A DNA stretch of 63,851 bases, counting the filler, from Octopus bimaculoides (Eukaryota): assembly GCF_001194135.2 (NCBI RefSeq). It is 5 parts of 5 records of this genome, joined end to end, with 100 filler letters (N's around TTAATTAATTAA, not from the genome) between each part and the next. Parts side by side here need not be neighbours in the genome. Positions count along the whole stretch, not along the records: positions 24,523 to 36,695 come from NC_068986.1; positions 36,796 to 50,819 come from NC_068982.1; 3 more parts are not named here. One strand, written 5' to 3'. Below, in pieces: positions 24,632 to 38,239 of this stretch. Both the position numbers and the translations under genes were made by a program. Within the stretch, counting starts at the first letter, position 1. The number at the start of each line of letters is the position of its first letter. Under the pieces are notes generated by a model that saw only the letters and a program-made list of their open reading frames with translations, was not told the DNA's origin and did no database searches.

Positions 24632-26042
24632 GTGAGAGTAGAAATGTGTTTCTTTGATACTTTGTGTTTATGAATGGTTTCATATTTTGCATGATGTCTA
24701 TACACATTACCTCCAGATATTTCCGTTGATAAATTTCCTAATCTACCGTGAAACTAAAAGTGTAACTAAGCAGGAAGAAATGCAATTCTAATGCCACCAT
24801 TTTAGTATTACTTCTTAATGTAGCTTTACATTTCGTTTATTATTAATGCTTGTTTTTTTTTATTTTTATTATTCTCTCCTTTGACAGTGATTTCTTTTAC
24901 TTATATTTTATGTTTGATTCGTTGATTGAAATTGATAAGTTCATCTTGTGAACGCTTCAAACCAAAGAGTTTATCAAATGTTTTATTTTCTTTCTACTTT
25001 TGCTTCCTCGATCTACAAAAGTAATTGGAAATTCAATCGTGTGTTATTTAGTCAGGAAATGTATTTGGTCAGAAAACTGCTAGTGATACATACATACATG
25101 CATACATACTGTATATACATACTGTATATACATACATACATGTAGCTTTTATTGTTAGTGTATACATGTATTTTTTATGTTGTTCTTTTATTTTGCTATT
25201 TTCCTTTCATGATTTCATCGAATTCTTCGTCGATGTCGTTCCTGCTACTTTTGTTGTTGTCAGTGCTAATGTAATTGTTGATTCCTATCTTACAATCAGT
25301 CTTAAATAAATTCTCTAAATTGTTAGTAGAGGACAATAATAGTTATAACTTTGTGGCGAAACTGATAAACCACAGACATTCTTATCGTTTCTGATACAAA
25401 TATTTTTGTGCCTATTTTTGGTTTGCGTCTATTAAATGCAATCAGTAAGAAGACGTACGAGGAGAGACAACGCAATTACATACCCCCCAAACAGGCGCTT
25501 GCATATACATATGTGTGTATCTATGTGTGCCTCTGTGTGTGCGTATATAAAGGGAGGAAGAATGCGATACACATACGTTGATATATTATAAATTCACACA
25601 CATTACATGCACATTGTAATCAAGCTTCAGTATAAATCTAGCGTTTCTTTTAGTGGCCATGGAAGTTTGAAAGTAAAAGTGGCTCTATCGTAATTTTAGC
25701 TTCAACGTAAGACATAAGCTATACATTACATATAGCTTTGCTGTGTGCTTCACGAGACGCACAGACACATTCATTCCCTTACACTCGGTAATATATATTA
25801 TATTACAGAAATTACAACGACGTTAATTAACTCACTAAGCATATAATGAAATAGATATGCTATTAAAACGTGCTTAGTACATGATAGCTTTAGATATTGT
25901 TTGTATATCCTACCTTATAATCTCTTACTATTCATAAGCCAAACAATCACGAGATGACAATATGATCCCGTTCAGAGAGTACTGGGACATATAAAAGTGT
26001 CACGTACTTAGTTATTAAAATATTTGCAAGACAAAGAGATGG

Positions 26043-26392
26043 CACTAGTTGGCAGTCAATCGGTTACGACGACAATGGTTCAAGTTGATCTGATCAACGG
26101 AACAGCCTGCTCGTGAAATTAACGTGCAAGTGGCTGAGCACTCCACAGACACGGCTACCCTTAACGTAGTTCTCGGGGAAGATTGTGACCAGGCTGACCC
26201 TTTGAAACACAGGTACAACAGAAACAAGAAGAGTGAGTGAAAGTTGTGGTGGAAGAATACAGCAGGAGCCTTGTGGAACTTTAGGTGTTTTCGCTCAATA
26301 AACACTCACAATGCCCGGTCTGGGAATCGAAACTGCGATCCTACGACCACGAGTCCGCTGCCCTAACCACTGGGTCATTGCGCCTCGACTCA
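26043..26392 (-). mobile_element. tRNA-derived SINE sharing the family 2 body
   Basis: Minus-strand head GCGCAATGACCCAGTGGTTAGGGCAGCGG...GTTTCGATTCCCAG. Body and tail shared with 16713-17012. Confidence 0.8.
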
Positions 26393-29071
26393 AGACACAG
26401 AGTACATTACGTGTAAAAATGTTCGTGTTGAATCTGTCTATAAGTTATAACAATCTGGGAATACAAAGGTCTTAATACGGAAATAAGTAATGGGTTTAAA
26501 TATTAAGTTTAACGACGTTGAGAGCTGCGACTACTAAAAGGAAAAACATATATTTATGAAATATTGATTAATTTAAAATATCATGTCACAGTTGTTTCTG
26601 ATAAATATTTAACTGTTGGACTGTTGTTTTATGGATCCATGTTATGGGAATATAAAGAGTTTCAAAGAATACATTCTCGTGGAGTGAAACCATGTCTGTC
26701 AGTAGATTAATATAGATTAAAGAAACGAAGACTATATGATTCATCTTCTTAAATAGGAATATATTGTTGCATTTTCAGGTGCCGTTGTGGTCAAGGGCTA
26801 TATATATATATTCGAAACGGCAATCTTTAATGTCAATCTCTTATTTTACATTTAAATCGGTTACATAGTTCTCATAAATTTTGAGTATGGCATCAATTAG
26901 GCATACCGTAATTATTTTGCCAATTATTTTAATGCTTTCAAATTACAAAGGCGTTACAATAAATGCTGACGTGATATGCGTATTTTTCTAAGACCAAGCA
27001 TATGTGCACATGTCTGTTACATTTGCCATTACTTTATTTCTCAAGGAAGTAATAGAGCCTAATTATATAATTCATGTATCTTGGTTTAAACTTAACTGAA
27101 TAATCACTTCTAGAATATCCGACTGGTTCTAGGTATATGAATATATTTCTGCGCGTACATTTACGTATTAGGGAATTTACTTAGTTTACTATCGTAAATC
27201 TGGTTACACTCCCTCATATTCAATAACTGTCTGTGTAAATATTTAATGGAAAACATTATTGATTTAGACAACAATGATTTCATTTTCAAACATCGAACTT
27301 AAGGGTTCAAGAAGATTTGGCGTTATGAAAGCGATAATGTTGCGAAATCTCTTATTACTGTTTCAAGGTTGTATGTTATCTGATCTATCTTATGAAGCCA
27401 CTAATTACTAGACATTTATTATTGTAGACAGGTTTGACATAGATTCTTCTTTATGCGGTGCATCTGGTATCAGGAACGCTTCTAATAACCACAAATAGGT
27501 GAAATGGTTATATATGAATATTTTGATTTGCATTACTATTGCTGTAAAATGTGTGTATTACTGTAGATGACTGAAGATGTTATATAATTAATAAATTTAT
27601 AAACCATCTAAGTTATAGTTCAGATATTGTCAATAAACGTTAGGACTTGCGGTACAAAGTCTTGAAGTATTCTAAGACAACAACAAAGCCTGATATAACC
27701 GAACAACATTGAATCAACATCAATACAACTATATTTCTTTCACAATTATATGAATGTGAACTCCAATAAACTATCCATTCATGTCTGGAGTTGAAACACT
27801 TTTCCTCCATGTATCTGATGATCTTCGAGACATGCCAACGTTACAGAAGTAGGAAGAAGAGTTCTGGCTTATCCATAGCTAAGAAGTCTAAAATATTGAA
27901 TAATTCATAGACATCTGTAAGCTATAAAATTAGATCCAGCAATTCGATGGATCATTCTGCTTTCCAGACAGTGTTTTAAATACTGTAGTCTCCACTACGT
28001 GTAAGGCACTTCTGAATTAACCGTCTTTTATTTAAAATATTACAGTCTGAACGAAGATGTATGAACATTGTAAGAGTTGCGAAAATTGCACGTCATTATT
28101 ACCAATGTATTTTAGTCTGTTTGAAAACATTTAGAATGGTTATAACTGGAAATCAAATTGTTCAGTTCAGGTTAAGTAATATGAAATATTGATGTACGTC
28201 TGCCAAGTTTGCAAGAGTATTCATCAACAACGAAACCAAGAACGTTACCATGAGTTCACAAGGCGTCACCGTATGACCATTGCACAAGTTTGATAAGATA
28301 TCAGTTTGGCGCTCAAATTATAGTCTTCCTGCAATGTGCATCAGTTATAATGTATATGAGTGGTTGTTTTCGAACAAAGACCTGTTAAATTAATGAAGAT
28401 TTATTGTCAGTCAATAAATATCGTTATAAGAACATTGCTACTTGGATCGCTAGTATGTTTGTTTTTCTAACAGCACTTCAGCCAGCATATTCATCAAATC
28501 ATACCTAGAATTCTACTAATATAGTTGGAAATAAAATATTGATAATAGCGCACTCAATAAGTTGGTTGCTCATCACATACGAAGTTATTTCACTAAATAA
28601 GTTGATAATTAATATATAAAAACCAAATTGAAAAAATATATATTCAGCAGAATTTTAATGACGGCACAAAAATTAAATCAGAGACCCTTGACCGGAATTC
28701 TGATAACGAATTCATTAGATTTTCTTGTGGACTAATGAAGTTATATTCTTTAACATAATCGATGTTGCTGTCAGTCAGTGTGTTGTGCGTATGTTGAATA
28801 GGGCACATGTATGTGTATGAGTGTAAGAATGGATGTGTGCGTTGGACTGACTAATAATTAGATAATGAGAATAATCCATTGTCACATAAAGTTTCGCAGA
28901 GCGTGAGAGTCAGATAGACAGTTGTACAGATAGATACACTAATAAATTGGTACAGAGATAAAGAGATTTAGAGGTATAATAAATAGAAAAGTAGGAAAAA
29001 ACAGAAACTGAGAAGCAGGAGAGATGAAAGCATTCGAATTATCTTTATTCTAGCATACTGATAACTAATGA

Positions 29072-29161
<90 letters not shown>
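29072..29161. repeat. (ATT)n microsatellite
   Basis: About 90 bp of uninterrupted ATT. Confidence 0.95.
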
Positions 29162-29801
29162 GCTACTATTCTTATAATCATTAAGATTAGAAATGGAGAG
29201 TAACAGGAGAGCGATAGTTAGCAGGTGAAAATTAGATGGAATAAAGGAGATAGGGAGTGAGGGTTTTTTTTTGTTTTTTGGATATTTTGTTCAATCAAAG
29301 AGATTCGCAACACGTTCAGAATGTTCTGAAAACTAAATATATTCAATGAATGGTTCTTTGTCCATCTTCTAACTACACTTTGACATTGTATGAAAAAGAC
29401 TGAGAGATAAAAATAACACGAATCNNNNNNNNNNNNNNNNNNNNNNNNNNNNNNNNNNNNNNNNNNNNNNNNNNNNNNNNNNNNNNNNNNNNNNNNNNNN
29501 NNNNNNNNNNNNNNNNNNNNNNNNNNNNNNNNNNNNNNNNNNNNNNNNNNNNNNNNNNNNNNNNNNNNNNNNNNNNNNNNNNNNNNNNNNNNNNNNNNNN
29601 NNNNNNNNNNNNNNNNNNNNNNNNNNNNNNNNNNNNNNNNNNNNNNNNNNNNNNNNNNNNNNNNNNNNNNNNNNNNNNNNNNNNNNNNNNNNNNNNNNNN
29701 NNNNNNNNNNNNNNNNNNNNNNNNNNNNNNNNNNNNNNNNNNNNNNNNNNNNNNNNNNNNNNNNNNNNNNNNNNNNNNNNNNNNNNNNNNNNNNNNNNNN
29801 N

Positions 29802-29874
<73 letters not shown>

Positions 29875-30025
29875 TTGGGTAGGCGTATGGGTTTGTGTGT
29901 ATTTATATGTGCAGAAGAAATAGACTAGGCCATGATGAATAAGATTGTGGCAGGAATGATGATGAAGAGAATGAGAAGGACCCAAAGAAAGGGGGTGACG
30001 TTGAGGGTGGCGATGGGGCCCCCTG

Positions 30026-30179
30026 GTGGGGGCTGCCAGCGGCGATAGTGACGATGGCGGCGATAGCGACGATGTCGGCGAACGCGAAGACATTGATAAC
30101 GACGTGCAGGCATATAATATTAAAAAGAAACTAACAAGGAAAAGAAGAGATGCCGAGGAGAATGAAGAGTATTGTGATG

Positions 30180-30211
<32 letters not shown>

Positions 30212-30255
30212 GAAGATGTTGATGATAGTGATGATGATGATGATAGTGATGATGG

Positions 30256-30301
<46 letters not shown>

Positions 30302-30320
30302 AATGATGAAGATGATGATA

Positions 30321-30367
<47 letters not shown>

Positions 30368-30658
30368 GTTGGTGGTGGTGGTAGTGGTGGTGATGGTGGT
30401 GATGGTGGTGATGATGATGATGATTATGATGATGATGATGATGATTATGATGATAATGATGATGATGATGATGAGGAGGAGGAGGAGGAGGAGGAGGGGG
30501 AGGGGGAGGAGGAAAAGGAGAACGACGACAACGACGATGAGAACGACGGCGACGACGACGATGATGATGATGATGATGATGATGCCACCAACAAAGAGGA
30601 CGTTAATGATAACGGTGCTGTTTACGAGAATAAGGCTTATGAGGTTCCGAACGAATGA
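30026..30658 (+). repeat. Compound GAT/GGT/GAG/GAC trinucleotide region forming a stop-free acidic ORF (coding status unsupported)
   Basis: The Asp/Gly/Glu-run ORF is mostly triplet repeat. It has a GTG start and an in-frame TGA at 30002. Confidence 0.7.
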
Positions 30659-31289
30659 ATAAAGTAACCCTAATCCTTAGTCTCTATAATTCATAATTTG
30701 AAAAGCCATTTTGTAAAAAAACTTCAGTCATATTATAACTTGTACGTAGTTAATCGATAAAGTATATATTTTAACTGCTTATATTTCTAACATATCCATT
30801 GCAATCATTATGCAATATATTGTGGGGTAATCACCGAAGCTAGAATTGCGCATGATTGAATATAATGCAGTACATAGGGATTGTTGCACTGTATGTACAT
30901 AGAATAAGAGTGTATTTGTCTCATTTTCTAAATCCGAAGCTTATGATTACAGCCTCACTGAATTGCATCTGGATAAATTTCTTAACATTTCCTCTCTTTC
31001 ATCGTTTCAGTTATGTTTTGTGTACCACCACTTTGGTGCTCTATAGGATATTTGTCCTCAGCCGTTTAGTCTATCGCTCCTGACTATGATCATGATAAAG
31101 TGTATAATTAATAGCAGAACATCGACGCACTCAAGCAAAGCTACACAAAGATCTTCTCATGCGATATGCTAACGGCTGCAGAAGGTAAGACTCCACTCTC
31201 TAGAACGAAATGGGGTAAATATTCAGTGATATACAGAAGAATATGTAGCAAACCTTGGAACTGAAAGTTACATAAATAGCATTGTCACA

Positions 31290-31560
31290 CAAACACGTAG
31301 CACAAATTCCAACATTGACATCTAGATACAGGACCAGATACTATAACAGCATTGCTTTCAATGGTTCGCGGCTTTTCAATGAGGCGCACACATTGGTTCG
31401 ACAAAAGTGTTTGCAAAACGAAATTGACCTCCCCCTACCAAAGCATCCGGGTGAACCTACCTGGCGGAAAGAGAGCAGGAATATCAAACAACTACAATCA
31501 GCCAATTACACATATCAAAATAGGCTTCAAGTAGTCAACCTGTAGGAAAGGGCCCCAAGA
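31290..31560 (+). mobile_element. AP-endonuclease LINE RT 3' end relic
   Basis: SRYRTRYYNSIAFNGSRLFN...PGEPT...; homologous to the minus-strand relic at 33700-34015. Confidence 0.6.
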
Positions 31561-32449
31561 TGGCAGCAGCTATAAATCGTCTATCTATCTATCTATCTGT
31601 CTGTCTGTCTGCCGGTCTGTCTGTTTGTCTGTCTTTCAACCTGTCTGTCTGTCTACACACATAGACACACACACACACACACACATACACAAACATATAC
31701 ATATATATATGTGTATGTGCGCGCGCGTGCGTTTATATATATATTGAAGCGGAAATTTCAAGTACGTTCAGCAATTTAAATAAACATATAACCAGTCATA
31801 AACGTATGTAGCAATTTATCATAATTAGTTTAATGTGTCATTCAAATATTAAAACATTAAATATTTACTATTTTGTAAATATATATAAAAATGATATACA
31901 TAAATGGATAGAAAAACGAAATTGAAGTATCAAAATTATTGATGTATAAAAATATACATTAACATCTTTAAATGTATATGCTGAAATCGCGGTCCTACTT
32001 ACAAATTAAAATCGTTCTTAAAAATATTGAAAATTAAAAGTATAAATCCGTAAGAACAGGTAAATAAAAAAGTTTTAAGCATGGAAGTTGAAGTTTCCAA
32101 TGATTAGATATAGGTGCTCTAGTTTAAATAATTAGGTGGTGGTAATTCATACAAATAAAAGATATTTCTATCCAAATTTTGCCTCCTTCATCAGGGAGAA
32201 TGCATTATTTAAGGAATCACATCTCATATATTGTTGTAATGGAAAAACGGGTTTTGGTTTTATAGAGAGGTACAAGTATTAGGAGGAAGAGGAAACGTTA
32301 TAGCAAGAATGGTGGGAAGTGGAATTTAGAATATATGGCAGATTATAAGCAGGTAGATATTGACTAAGAGGAAGGTGCAGGACGGTTCGAAGATAATTAT
32401 TAAGTGGAATGTAGTTAATTATAGAATCTAATGATCAAGCAATTCCAAT

Positions 32450-33200
32450 CATTGAATGGTATCTATAGTTACAAGAGTACATAGCATCCTAGAACTTATT
32501 CAAATATGTAAAGCACTATCGGCGGAAAATATGTATAGACTCGCTAATACGTAATTAACATACACGCGTAATTGTTGTGTACGGAGAGGCGTCTGCTACT
32601 ACAGAACAAGACAATGAATATTGTATATTTTATAGCTTAATGTAGTGTACATATGTGACTAGCGTTCTAGTGAATTTATTTTCTATGTTAGTAAAAGTAT
32701 TCAAATGAGTTCCATAGTGACGCTTGAAATCAACTGTACTTCCCATGTAAACCCTTACCCTCTGTGTATTCAGAATCTTTCCACGGCACCTATAAACTAC
32801 ATTTCTGCGCAAACAGGACCCAGAAAGCAAGCATGAGTCCTGGATGCGACAATACCATGGTTTTCTTCTTATATGAGCATTAAGTTTCCGATTAATTGGA
32901 GGCCAGATTACCCTTAATTGGTAGGGAGTTGCCTGGCGTAATATTTTTATTTGAACTCTTATCGGGTTTTGAGTCATGCGGTTCAGTAAAGGGTTTGAGT
33001 GGGTAGACGTCTGAAGTCTAAGTTTAGAAGTATTAATGGAACCTATAATCGATCCTCAGTTTGGTGTAGTCGAATACGAAAGTTTCACAGAAGACTTGTT
33101 GAAGATAGGATAGTATTTATGATGTTTTGGGAAATTTTCTTTCAAAACTTTAAAGAATAATTTCGATAAATATCTAACCAGAAGGGTTCAATTAAGTTGG
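32450..33200 (-). mobile_element. Penelope-like element relic (linker plus GIY-YIG)
   Basis: NFPKHHKYYPIFNKSSVKLSYSTTPN...CLLSGSCLRRNVVYRC...VYMGSTVDFKRHYGTHLNTF. Confidence 0.85.
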
Positions 33201-33699
33201 TTGGTGTTTTATAATTTGTACTTTTGGACATTCCTAAATGACATATTTATTCCGGCGTTATCTGCAGATGTTTTTTTTTTTTCAAATATTGAGTTGGTTT
33301 ATCAAACGAGGTGGCCATATAGTAAAATTGTGAGTTATTATTATTATATATATATATATATATATGACAGCTGGATACGTGCTAGATTTTATAGGTTTGA
33401 TAAGTGTCTCATTCCGGCATATATTCTTATATTGGCAGAGTGTAATCCATTTGTTCAAAAATAAAAGCGTGTTACTATCGCCTGTAGTGAATCTGAGACC
33501 ATCTGTATCACTACATATGTTTGTGTGTGTGTGTGTGTCCACGCCTCTATATATGTGTGTCTGTGTGTGTTTACAGTTTAAAACTATATTTCACTTAATT
33601 TATCCTTGTAAATGAAGTGAAACTTTACATATATGAATAACTGCTTATATAAGCTTTTACTCATTTAAGCCATGAAGCTGCGTTCATGCCGGAGCACCT

Positions 33700-34015
33700 C
33701 AAGTGGTCTTCTGATTTCCTCAGTCTGGGGTGTCTCACATCATCTAGACGCTGGACCTTTTCGTTCATAAGGTGGTTGGTTCCGCTGGCGTCGTCTGTAG
33801 CTCATGTCAGGCTGTTAGTTCATCCGGCAATGTGGAGAGGAGGATGTCTGGCTCTTTTTTGAAGACATCTATTTCCACCTTATGCAGATTTCCTATTTGT
33901 TTGTGGCAGGGTATTGAAGGGCTGTGAGTCTTTGAACCCTACGGTATTGCAGTACCTGGTCCTGAATATATTCTCTAATTTCTGCTGCGTGTAGCATAAA
34001 CTTGTATCGTGTCAG
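33700..34015 (-). mobile_element. AP-endonuclease LINE RT 3' end relic
   Basis: Minus strand TRYCNTVGFKDSQPFNTLP...; same motif class as 31290-31560. Confidence 0.55.
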
Positions 34016-35828
34016 AAATATAATTGTCGCTATCCGCAGATAAGAAGATATGTTATACACTTAAGTACGATTATTATAAACTTGTAAAGTACATGTAGTG
34101 TACATCTTTTCCCTAATTCTGAAATTGAATTAAAAATGTTAGATCAATAACAATGCAAATACGAACCAATTGTTTTAAAATTGCTTTAAAAAACCTTAAA
34201 ATCACCGAAATCAATATCAATTCTCAGATTTTTTATATTGAATCATATTAATGTTGTAGTAATTATAGGATTTTATTTCTATCTTATATAAAATAGGTTT
34301 TATCTATTTTGTTTAACATAGAGCTGTTTGAACATGCAAAACCCAAATTTAAAACAGTAATATAATTATAGATCAGAACAAATACTGCCAGCTATAATCG
34401 TGTGGTAAGCAGAAATAACCACATTTCCATTTATGTTATTTGATATTTAAAGTTCTAATTGAAATAACAGATCATTTCTGTGTGTAAAATTTGATATATA
34501 TTGTTTTATTCCACTTCGGTGATTCGCTCAATCTTTTCAAAGATTCTAACAAAGTAATTGATGATTGTAGTGACCTGGATGCTTTTGTTGATTCCTAGTA
34601 TCTTCAACTTTATGAACAGGATGTAAACTAAAGCATTACTGTTTTGACGACTCGATTTTCCGTCCTATAGCAAAATATTATGAATTTATATATTGTTTCT
34701 GAATACTTGAATAGCAAGAAAACAATCGTGTTCACAGAAATCATAGAAAAATATGTTGTCACTGTCTGGCAAGCATAATAAAATATCTATTTATGTTTTC
34801 GTATAGCCGATACCTTACTGCTCGTACGCAAGTGCTAAATCTGTCGAATAGCTAATGTCTGAGCTAATGTCTAATAGTTGCAGTCACCACATAACTCGCA
34901 TATATATATTTATTTCGTCGGGCTATTGCCGATCTCTCTATATAATCGGTCGACATACATAAATCACAAACTTTTCTTTCTGAAGCTTATAACATCGCAG
35001 AATAAAAGCTAGGAGACGTACGGTCCATGCAACTATAGGTAAAATGCAGGACGGTTACTAGTATGACTATAGTTCTGCTAAATTAGAGCTGGTCAGGAGC
35101 CAAGAATATATTATTTCACAAATATTACCATATAGGCATCTGTGCTTACTTAGAGACTTGCAAAAATTTTTTTTGGTACTGACTTTGAAGATGAAAGCTA
35201 CCATTTTTTTCCCCAGAAAACCGGATATTGTATTATTAGATATCTATCAAATAACTGCAATGAAAGATTCTAGTCAGTAATCACACATAAAATATTATAG
35301 TAGCCAAAGTTCGTATAGTGCTGACTGTCAATCAATAAATATTTGAAGCTTATACATAAGATAACCTAAAGTAACAAACGCGGCTGATATCAAGTAAAGG
35401 AAACCTTTTCACAGTGCGTTTAGACGGACATGCAAATAAGTAAGTATACAATCGCTTGCACGTTGATAAGATGCAGTTTACTCCCGTGAGTTTGAAACAT
35501 ATTTGGCATTGTTGGTTATAATCACAGATTATTGTAGAATGCTATCTTCCGAATGCAGCGTGCTGACTTACTGATGAACCTAAAATCCAAAGGTCTTTAT
35601 TTGGCTACAAGTTGGCATTGGCGTTCATGAGTGGCTTTATATTACATAGACATAGATGTGTTTATAAGTGTGTGTATGCGTTACGCTGAAATTGTGCGAA
35701 GACAAAAACAAAATTAAGGATGGCAGACCAACATTTTATATAAGAGAAAGGAGTATAGCCAGTGTCGAGCTAGTGTTGAGATGGTTTCTTTTACTCACAT
35801 GCGTGGAGAAATTATTAATACATAAAAC

Positions 35829-35997
35829 AACATACATTATTTACATTATTTACACCTGAGGGATATTTGTCCTCATTTTGTTTGTTCTTAACACAACGTT
35901 TCGGCTGATATACCCTCCAGCCTTCATCAGGTGTCTTGGGGAAATTTCCAACCTGGGTTTTAATTTCTAAGGTATTTTTATTACTGCGCCATATGCC
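35829..35997 (-). mobile_element. Internally deleted SINE-like element: first 15 nt of a tRNA-type head joined to a hammerhead-bearing body
   Basis: Minus strand GGCATATGGCGCAGT-AATAAAAATACC...hammerhead...AATGAGGACAAATATCC...AATGTAAATAATG. The tail matches 36796-36845. Confidence 0.75.
35891..35934 (-). ncRNA. Minimal type I hammerhead ribozyme, intact core
   Basis: ACAC-CTGATGA-A-GGCTG-GAGGGTATAT-CAGCC-GAAAC-GTT-GTGT. Helix I is 4 bp, helix II is 5-6 bp, helix III is the palindrome ACGT and the triplet is GUU. Confidence 0.85.
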
Positions 35998-36001
35998 CAC
36001 C

Positions 36002-36088
36002 GGCATATGGCGTAGTGGTTACGAGCACAGGTTACTAAGCCCAAGATTCCGAGTTCGATACCAGGTAGTGACCTGAATAATAATAGTA

Positions 36089-36130
<42 letters not shown>
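36002..36130 (+). mobile_element. tRNA-derived Pol III SINE head followed by (AAT)n
   Basis: A box TGGCGTAGTGG and B box GAGTTCGATACC. No convincing acceptor stem, so not a tRNA gene. Confidence 0.8.
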
Positions 36131-36424
36131 GACCTGGAAACAGAGGTAACTCGAATGTGGAATGTAAAAACAAAAACAATTCCTATCATCGTAGGTGCCT
36201 TAGGTATAATAAAAAAAATACTCAGACAAATACATAATAAAAACACCAGGAATTACAAATATATATAACATACAGAAAATTGCACTAATGGGCACTGCAC
36301 ACATCCTACGCAAAACACTTTCAATACAGTAACCATGAGAGCATCACAGCAAACCACAGCACATGCCCAAGGCACACAGAGCTGCTCTCGGTAGTGAAAC
36401 CACGTTATAAAAATAAAACTGCTG
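36131..36424 (+). mobile_element. R4/Dong-like (restriction-like endonuclease) LINE 3' end
   Basis: DLETEVTRMWNVKTKTIPIIVGALGIIKK...TPGITNIYNIQKIALMGTAHILRKTLSIQ-stop plus a short 3' UTR, flanked by (AAT)n on both sides. Confidence 0.8.
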
Positions 36425-36594
36425 AATAATAATAATAATAACATCTAATAGTTTTAAAGCTTATCAGCGATCGCCTTGCCATAACTAAAGTAAATAGTCT
36501 AATAGTGGGGCATATAAGCCCTCGACGGAAACACGTATGCCTACGAGAACTCGGCTTGTTTTTGTCGATGGTTTACATGCCCGAATATTACAAT

Positions 36595-36635
<41 letters not shown>

Positions 36636-36795
36636 AATCGTCATCATCATCATTATCCTCATCAACACCATTATCATCATCATCATCATCATCATNNNNN
36701 NNNNNNNNNNNNNNNNNNNNNNNNNNNNNNNNNNNNNNNTTAATTAATTAANNNNNNNNNNNNNNNNNNNNNNNNNNNNNNNNNNNNNNNNNNNN

Positions 36796-36845
36796 AATGA
36801 GGACAAATATCCGTCAAATGTAAATAATGTAATTAACGTACATAA
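36796..36845 (+). mobile_element. 3' tail of the hammerhead-bearing SINE-like family
   Basis: AATGAGGACAAATATCCGTCAAATGTAAATAATGT matches the reverse complement of 35829-35878. The upstream part is lost in the join. Confidence 0.75.
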
Positions 36846-37059
36846 TTTTAAATATAGAACTGTAGTATATATATATATATACATACACAACAGACACGTA
36901 CACACATATATGTATACATATATGTGCATACACACACACACTCACATACACATAGATAGATCGATCGATCGATAGACAGACAGACAGACATATAGACAGA
37001 CATATAGACAGACATATAGACAGACATATAGACAGACATATAGACAGACAGACAGACAT

Positions 37060-37119
<60 letters not shown>

Positions 37120-37122
37120 AAT

Positions 37123-37392
37123 GACGACGAGTGTTCTAGCTGATTCGATCAACGGAACAGCCTGTTATAGAAATTAACGTGCAAGTGGCTGAACACCCGA
37201 CAGACACGCTAACCCTTAATGTAGCTCGCAGGGAGATTTAGCGTGACAAACAGAATGGTACAAGACTGGCCCATTGAACTCAGGCACAACTCATTGTTCT
37301 TACTGAGCGGACTGGAGCAAAGTGAAATAAAATATCTTGCTCAAGGATTCAACACGCCACCGGAAATCGAACTTATGACATTAGGATTGCGA
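37123..37392 (-). mobile_element. tRNA-derived SINE family 2, diverged
   Basis: GATCAACGGAACAGCCTG...AATTAACGTGCAAGTGGCTGA shared with the 26043 copy. Confidence 0.75.
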
Positions 37393-38239
37393 ACCGAATA
37401 CCCTAACCACTAATGTTTCTTTTTATGTAAAAATACATTTAAAACCAATTTTACATTAAACTGAAAGATCACTGTATAAATCCTTCTTTTTCTTTTTCTT
37501 ATTTTATTTATTTTTGACAATGCTAAAGCAAATTAATTGGATGCTTCTTTCATCGTCGAACTTTTTGTGATCACTTAATCTTTTTTCAACCCTAATACAA
37601 GCGTTACGTTTGGTCTTCTTTCTATCTTACTTTGATACTAGCGAGAAACTATTTTCAGAAGCAATGCAAACGTTTCGTTGGAGGCTTCAATATAAAAATA
37701 TACATATTCTCCCACTGTTAAAATAAATATCGAATACACGCTTGCTCCGACATTCGAGTGTTCTTTTCAAACCTGTTAGGTAAAATAAAGACAGAGATTA
37801 ATTTTTGAAAAGAAAATGAAAATGTCTGCGAATTCATGAAAATTCACAAAAGACGAATATAGCACCTAATCTATAGTGTATGTTTATCAAGTTTAAACTG
37901 ACGAGAAAAAATCTGAAAAGCGACGCTCAAACAAGTATAAAGCTTGAGGTGAATAATTGCAAAACTGCGGTGGCATGACAGTTCAGTATGAAGTTTATCA
38001 TTGCCTCACCACCGCAGAGAAAACGAGCATATTTGTATGCACGAATGTCTAATCACTGGGAAACGTACGTTGCTAAGTCATTTGTTAGTGTTACGTGAAT
38101 GTACAGCTATACAATGCACCATTTCTAATTATCATATGCGAAACTGAGCGTATACACCATAAGCTGAGCAGCCATGAATGTTGTAGTGCTTTTGCGAAGA
38201 ATTTCTGACTTTCTATTTATAAAGAATTTATTCATTTCT

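Noticed and set aside
32160-32197. Minus-strand CTGATGA...GAAA downstream of the 32.5-kb Penelope relic
   Set aside because: The position is suggestive but helices I and II do not pair; at best a very decayed remnant.
36002-36075. tRNA gene
   Set aside because: A and B boxes are present but there is no proper acceptor stem or terminator, and it runs into (AAT)n. It is a SINE head.
36507-36542. GGCA...GAAACACGTATGCC hammerhead-like 3' half
   Set aside because: No CUGANGA between the putative helix I strands.
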